Shown here one piece after another: positions 24,980-30,049 of a stretch of DNA of 30,049 nucleotides. The stretch lies in the IMG/VR virus record IMGVR_UViG_3300011441_000028, positions 1 through 30,049 of that record; one strand, given 5' to 3'. The first letter of the stretch is position 1; the number at the start of each line of letters is the position of its first letter. The DNA is from a virus (taxonomy: Duplodnaviria > Caudoviricetes). The notes under the pieces are model-generated. The model was not told the DNA's origin. It worked only from the letters and a program-made list of their open reading frames with translations, and ran no database searches. The translations under genes were made by a program, and so were the position numbers.

Positions 24980-25314
24980 TGGCTAAAAAGCAATTCCGAG
25001 GAACGGCGACAGGATCTCGCTTGATTCGAGATGATAGCGAGTATAAGACTTATCAGAAGAAACGTGACCTGAAGGCAAAGACTTCTCCAACTGGTGCCCG
25101 TATCTTCAGTGATGATGAGCCATTGTCCACTGATGAAGTCGTCGAGAAGCACAAACAGTTGGCCGATGAGGTTGATGCTTACAACGATCCGGAGCTGAAA
25201 TCTCGAGCGAACAAGCGATACAAAGAGTTCAATCAGTCAATTAAGGGATTGTCGCTCAAACCATCGGGTAAAGACGTGAACCTGCCATACGAAGGAAAGA
25301 AAAAGAAACGATAA
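24979..25314 (+). CDS. 111-aa highly charged hypothetical protein (paralogue B)
   Basis: N-terminus MAKKQFRGTATGSRLIRDD; TAATG coupling on both sides. Confidence 0.75.
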   Translation: MAKKQFRGTATGSRLIRDDSEYKTYQKKRDLKAKTSPTGARIFSDDEPLSTDEVVEKHKQLADEVDAYNDPELKSRANKRYKEFNQSIKGLSLKPSGKDVNLPYEGKKKKR

Positions 25315-27680
25315 TGGCAGATCAACCATTCGAAGGCGACCCAGAAGCATTAGCTGAGCAAGAGCAGCTCGCTCTCCTTAAGGATAACCCTGAGGCAGTG
25401 GACCCTCTTGTCTCTGGGCCGAATGCTGTCGCTTCTGGCGGTGCCGTCGATGAGAATGCTGATCCGAATCAAATCCCGAAAGAATGGCAAGATGCTCTTA
25501 TGGCTCTTGTCGACAGATACGAACGAGACGAGGACGAGATTCGTAAGCCGATGCTTCGTGAGTGGAAGCTCATGGAGCATTTCTGGCATGACAATCAGCA
25601 CAACGTTTGGTCTGAGGTTGCTCAGGATTGGCGACCGATCGAATCATATCAATTCAGTGAGGAAGATGACCTAGATCTCGAAGGATTCAATCCTCGAACG
25701 GTCAACATTTACAAGGCGCACGGCGAGTCTGTCATTGCTGCAATGTCTTCGGGCATTCCATCGACACGATTCTTCCCGGATGACGCGGACAGCACAGCGG
25801 ACGTTTCGACATCTAAGGTCTACTCCCGAGCGGCTGAGCTAATTCAACGTAGGAATAAGGCTCCATTACTCCTCACCAGAGCGCTTTACATTCTCTGGAA
25901 TCAAGGAGTTGTCGCATTTTACAACTACGCGCGCACTGATCCAAAACTCGGCACCGTCGTCCAACCATTAACGGGATTGGTTCCTAAGCAGACTGATGTC
26001 TCCTACTGTCCACAATGCGGAAATGATATGCAGTCGCAGCAATGCGAGCACTGCGGATATCAAGGTCCGCCCGAGATGGATACAGTCGAGGATATGGTCC
26101 CTGGAAAAGTGGGTGAGCAGGAAATACCTCGAGTCACCGAGGATATCAAAGCTTATTCACCTCTGCATTTTCGTATTCCTCATACTGCTACTTCTCAAGA
26201 GGAATGTCCTTATATCACTCTCGACACGGAGCAGTTCCCGGGGATGGTCATCTCCGTCTACAAGGACTACGTCCCCAACATCCGAGACTTGGTTACACCG
26301 ACGAAGGATGATGAGAAGTATGACCGATGGGCTCGAAATCTAGTTAGCACGACTGGATACGCAGAGTCCGATATGGTCACTGTCCGACAGAGATGGCTCC
26401 GTAATTGGGCGCTTGAAGAAATAGAAGATGAGGAGATTCGGAACGGACTCTTGCAGAAGTTTCCGAATGGGGTCTATTTCGTCCAGGCAGGAGATAACTT
26501 CCTCTGCGCGCAGGATGAAAATTTCGATGACCACTGGACAATCTCGATCTCCCCGACTTCCCCACATCTACTCGCGCAGGCACTTGGAAAGTCGCTCAAA
26601 TCCATTCAAGAACTAACGAACGAACTCGTTACGATGACGATTGACAATATCGAACACGGGACGCCGATGGCTCTCGTTGATACTGATATGCTCAATCTCA
26701 AGAAGTTCAAGGATTCTCGAGTCGCGCCTGGTGCGATCTATCCCGTCAAAGTCCCAGCAGGACAAGACATTGGTCATTACATCCACGAGACAAAGCCCTC
26801 TACTCTCTCCGATGAAGTACGTTACTTTTCCGGTGAGCTTAAGGAGTTTGGACAGTTTACGTCCGGGGCTTTTCCATCTATCTATGGTGGTGCTATATCG
26901 AGTGGAAGCGGAACAGCCAAAGAATATGAGATGTCGCGTAACCAGGCACTCCAAAGGCTGCAAATTACGTGGAGAGTGGTCAACGAGTGCTGGACTGATA
27001 TGATTTCAAAGTCCGTCAAGGACTACCTGGATCATCTCAAGTACGATGAACGTTTCGTCAAAGAGCATGGAACTTACGGATACATCAATGTTTGGATTCG
27101 TAAGTCAGAAATCACGGGAAAAGTCGGAGAGGTCGTAGCTGAATCCTCCGAGTCATTCCCGATCAGCAATGCTCAGAAAAGAGATATGCTGATCAAAATG
27201 CTCGAAATGGAGAATCCGAATATCGATGCGGCTCTGTTCCATCCTGAGAACGTTGGAGCTGTTTCCGCTCTACTCGGATTCGGTGATTACTACATTCCGG
27301 GTGATGATGATCGCTCGAAACAGCTCAATGAGATTACTGACCTCCTGACGGCTCAGCCCATCCCAATGGGCATTGACCCGATGACTGGTCAGGTCCAGTT
27401 CCAGCCGACTATCATGCCGGATATGGAAGTGGATGATCATACGATTCACATGGAGACAGTCAAGGCTTTCCTCATCTCTGAGACTGGTCAGCTTGTGAAG
27501 CGTGAAAATCCGATGGGTTATCAGAACTGCCTGGCTCATTTCAAAGCGCACGAAATGGGTCAGATGATGCAAGCCATCAAACAAGGAATCGGTGGAAATA
27601 CGCCTGGTAAAGAGGCGCCCGATCAAGACAATAATACGAACGTTGAGGCTCCACAAGGAGTCGAGAGCGGAAAGACTTAA
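25314..27680 (+). CDS. Portal protein (788 aa)
   Basis: Size and position between terL and scaffold/capsid; helical portal-like segments ('SIQELTNEL', 'PGAIYPV', 'SGTAKE', 'DDHTIH..TV'); contains a zinc-ribbon insert. Confidence 0.8.
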   Translation: MADQPFEGDPEALAEQEQLALLKDNPEAVDPLVSGPNAVASGGAVDENADPNQIPKEWQDALMALVDRYERDEDEIRKPMLREWKLMEHFWHDNQHNVWSEVAQDWRPIESYQFSEEDDLDLEGFNPRTVNIYKAHGESVIAAMSSGIPSTRFFPDDADSTADVSTSKVYSRAAELIQRRNKAPLLLTRALYILWNQGVVAFYNYARTDPKLGTVVQPLTGLVPKQTDVSYCPQCGNDMQSQQCEHCGYQGPPEMDTVEDMVPGKVGEQEIPRVTEDIKAYSPLHFRIPHTATSQEECPYITLDTEQFPGMVISVYKDYVPNIRDLVTPTKDDEKYDRWARNLVSTTGYAESDMVTVRQRWLRNWALEEIEDEEIRNGLLQKFPNGVYFVQAGDNFLCAQDENFDDHWTISISPTSPHLLAQALGKSLKSIQELTNELVTMTIDNIEHGTPMALVDTDMLNLKKFKDSRVAPGAIYPVKVPAGQDIGHYIHETKPSTLSDEVRYFSGELKEFGQFTSGAFPSIYGGAISSGSGTAKEYEMSRNQALQRLQITWRVVNECWTDMISKSVKDYLDHLKYDERFVKEHGTYGYINVWIRKSEITGKVGEVVAESSESFPISNAQKRDMLIKMLEMENPNIDAALFHPENVGAVSALLGFGDYYIPGDDDRSKQLNEITDLLTAQPIPMGIDPMTGQVQFQPTIMPDMEVDDHTIHMETVKAFLISETGQLVKRENPMGYQNCLAHFKAHEMGQMMQAIKQGIGGNTPGKEAPDQDNNTNVEAPQGVESGKT

Positions 27681-27689
27681 GGAGTTATT

Positions 27690-29057
27690 ATGTTTGGCAC
27701 TGGCATTGGTTTCCTCAAATTCCTCCAGCCCTTCTACGATGATGAAGGTGGCGGCGGTGGAGTAGAAGCTCTCCCGGAAGTTCCATCTCCATCAAGCGAT
27801 GATCTCGAAGCGTTAGCTGGGGATGACGACGATGGTGATGATGGCGACGATTCTCAGAGCGATGAGAAGTCGGACGACGAGGATGAGGACGAACTCGAAG
27901 ACGACGACGAACGAGTCGATCGAGGAAGGTCCGAATCCAAAGACGAAAAAGAGAAAGCCGACATCGAAGAGAAAGACGAAGACGAAAAGGAAGAAAAAGA
28001 AGAAAAGGAAAAGCCCGAAAAAGAAGATGAAGATACGAAGCGTGTCCCATCATTAAAAGCTCTTAAGACGGCGTATCCTGACATCTTCAAGAAGTTTCCT
28101 CACGTCCGAACGGCAATCGCGGAACATCAGCAGTTCCGGTCTCTCTATTCATCCGTTGATGAGGCAAGAGAAGCTGCGAACTCCCAGGACAACTTCAATC
28201 TGCTGATTGACAAGGTCGTAGATGAGGGAGATTTCGGGTTCCTGTTCGATGAAGTGAACAAGGCTGATTCGAGAGCCGCCGCTCGAATGGCAAAGAACAT
28301 CTTGCCTGCCCTTTTGGAGAGGTCGAAAGATCTCTACATGGATGTTACCGAGATTCCCATCACGCAGTTCGTGAGTGCCGCGTATCGGCGAGCGAAATCT
28401 GACGGGAACAAGAATCTCGAGAACTCAGCACTGCATATTTGGAAGTTCCTGGGGAAAGATGGTATTCCATCGACGGCACAGGCTCCAGCAGACGATCCCC
28501 GTGAGAAGGAATTCCAGGATCGAGTGAAGGAATTCGACAGCAAGAAGTTCGATGAGGCGCGCGTTTCAGTAAATCGTGAAATTACCTCATCCTTGGCCAA
28601 TTCAATCGGAATGGCCATCGATCCGAACGATACACTGAAAGAGAAGACAAAGAATGCACTCATCGCCGATGTTCTTCGGGACATCGATCAAGAAATCACC
28701 GGAGATCAGAATCACATGAATCGTGTGAATCGTCTCTGGGTCAACGCTCGACGGTCATCATACGCAAATGGGCATGTATCCAGGATAACAAACGCGTATC
28801 TGGAGCGCGCAAAACAAATCCTGCCCAAACTTGCACGTAGGATTAGGGAGGAGAACAACATCAAAGACGATCAAAAGAGCACTCGGAATGATGACCGGCG
28901 CTCTGTAGATCGTCAGGACAAGCCATTTCCAAGACCGCACTCTGGTGGGCAATCTCCGAAGCCGAGGACTATTCGGGCGACCAATCCCCGACGAATTGAT
29001 TGGAACAGAACTTCGGACGAGGACATTCTCAGTGGAAGGGCGAATCTAAAGAAATGA
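27690..29057 (+). CDS. Putative capsid scaffolding protein (455 aa)
   Basis: Very acidic low-complexity N-terminus, helical core, basic disordered C-terminus; between portal and capsid; AAGGAG SD. Confidence 0.7.
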   Translation: MFGTGIGFLKFLQPFYDDEGGGGGVEALPEVPSPSSDDLEALAGDDDDGDDGDDSQSDEKSDDEDEDELEDDDERVDRGRSESKDEKEKADIEEKDEDEKEEKEEKEKPEKEDEDTKRVPSLKALKTAYPDIFKKFPHVRTAIAEHQQFRSLYSSVDEAREAANSQDNFNLLIDKVVDEGDFGFLFDEVNKADSRAAARMAKNILPALLERSKDLYMDVTEIPITQFVSAAYRRAKSDGNKNLENSALHIWKFLGKDGIPSTAQAPADDPREKEFQDRVKEFDSKKFDEARVSVNREITSSLANSIGMAIDPNDTLKEKTKNALIADVLRDIDQEITGDQNHMNRVNRLWVNARRSSYANGHVSRITNAYLERAKQILPKLARRIREENNIKDDQKSTRNDDRRSVDRQDKPFPRPHSGGQSPKPRTIRATNPRRIDWNRTSDEDILSGRANLKK

Positions 29058-29076
29058 GCAGTTTCTGGAGGCGACT

Positions 29077-30049
29077 ATGGCGATGACAGCCATTCAAGTC
29101 GTCGGCGCAGAACTCGAAGCGGTGGACGATCGTGGTGCGATCCCCACTCTCTTCGAGCGCGAGGATACGTTCTATTCTTTCATCGAGAAGCGGCCTGTGC
29201 AGGTCGTTTCCGAGCGACAGATGCGTATCCCGCTCGAACTCAGACCGGGCGGAAAGTTCGGTCACTTCGATTCTGACGGCGGCGACCTCGGACGCGGTGA
29301 AGGTCCAGTGTTTGACAAGGCCGTGATCGATACGGTCAACCTCAAGCACGCGGTGGAATGGACGAAGCGTGCAGAGTGGGCGACGGATGACCGACGTAAG
29401 TCTGTCGTCAATACCCTGCGTCATCTGCTCGCAACGTCGATGGCAGAGTTCCGTCGTAACGTTGATTCCCTGTCGATGCAGGGCGGAGACGGTGTGCTCG
29501 GAACGGTCGGAGTAGTCAGCAATGCTGGTGGCTTCGACACGGTCACGTTGAACGTCGATGGTTTCGGTGCGCGTCTGCTGCGATATGGTCAGAACATCAA
29601 CTACTACAACTCGACTCTGACCACGAATCGCACTGCTGGCGCCGAAAAAGCGATTACGTTCTACGATGGACCGAACAAGCAGATCAAGACGGCGACGACT
29701 GCCAATTTGGCACCCGGTGACAAGATCGTCGTTTCCGGTCTGAGTGCTACGCCACCCGTCAGTCTACTCGGTGTCCCGTATCATCACTCCAGCGCATCAA
29801 CGGGGAACTGGCTCGGTTTCGACCGTGCTCTGACTCCTGAGGTGCGAGGGAATGCTGTCAACGCTTCCGGTGGATTGGCTCTTCCCCACGCTCGTCTTGC
29901 GATGAACAAGGTGGGCGATCGCGTCGGAATGGGTAAGGGACGGAAGGTTACGGCATGGATGCATCCTGCTCAGCTCCAGGCTTACGAGGAGCTCGGGATG
30001 CTCGCGTCCGTGATTAACCGCAGTCCCAAGGGCGGTGAGTCTCTGGATA
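29077..30049 (+). CDS. Major capsid protein (5' partial, runs off the window)
   Basis: GGAGG SD then MAMTAIQVVGAELEAV...IPTLFERED...MRIPLELRPGG.FG...DGGDLG.G; open to window end; follows the scaffold gene. Confidence 0.78.
   Translation, partial: MAMTAIQVVGAELEAVDDRGAIPTLFEREDTFYSFIEKRPVQVVSERQMRIPLELRPGGKFGHFDSDGGDLGRGEGPVFDKAVIDTVNLKHAVEWTKRAEWATDDRRKSVVNTLRHLLATSMAEFRRNVDSLSMQGGDGVLGTVGVVSNAGGFDTVTLNVDGFGARLLRYGQNINYYNSTLTTNRTAGAEKAITFYDGPNKQIKTATTANLAPGDKIVVSGLSATPPVSLLGVPYHHSSASTGNWLGFDRALTPEVRGNAVNASGGLALPHARLAMNKVGDRVGMGKGRKVTAWMHPAQLQAYEELGMLASVINRSPKGGESLD

Noticed and set aside
27820-28040. GAC/GAT/GAA-rich repeat tract
   Set aside because: Explained by the acidic low-complexity linker of the scaffold protein.
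1-30049. Integrase, att site, tRNA, intron/intein or reverse transcriptase
   Set aside because: No supporting motifs seen; polymerase and terminase ORFs are uninterrupted.

Overview
This window is ~30 kb of a dsDNA tailed bacteriophage genome (host not determinable from the sequence). Left to right: (i) the end of a + strand virion-protein block (1-2448); (ii) a convergent, tightly packed - strand replication/early block (2445-18318) encoding a DUF3987-type P-loop protein, a family A DNA polymerase with an N-terminal uracil-DNA-glycosylase-like domain, a ParB-methyltransferase fusion, SSB-like, AAA (Sak4-like), Cas4-like nuclease, GNAT, SNF2 helicase, many small ORFs and ribbon-helix-helix regulators; (iii) a ~2 kb divergent control region (18319-20397) holding a 127-bp gapless imperfect inverted repeat around an AT-rich, iteron-like core, a stand-alone GC-rich gene with its own promoter and terminator, and several repeat clusters; (iv) a + strand packaging/head block (20398-30049): probable small terminase, cold-shock protein, Acb2/Tad1-like protein, large terminase, short C5 methyltransferase, small basic paralogues, portal, scaffold and a truncated major capsid gene. 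No integrase, recognisable primase, tRNA or CRISPR array was seen. Product calls rest on motifs read by eye, not on database searches.
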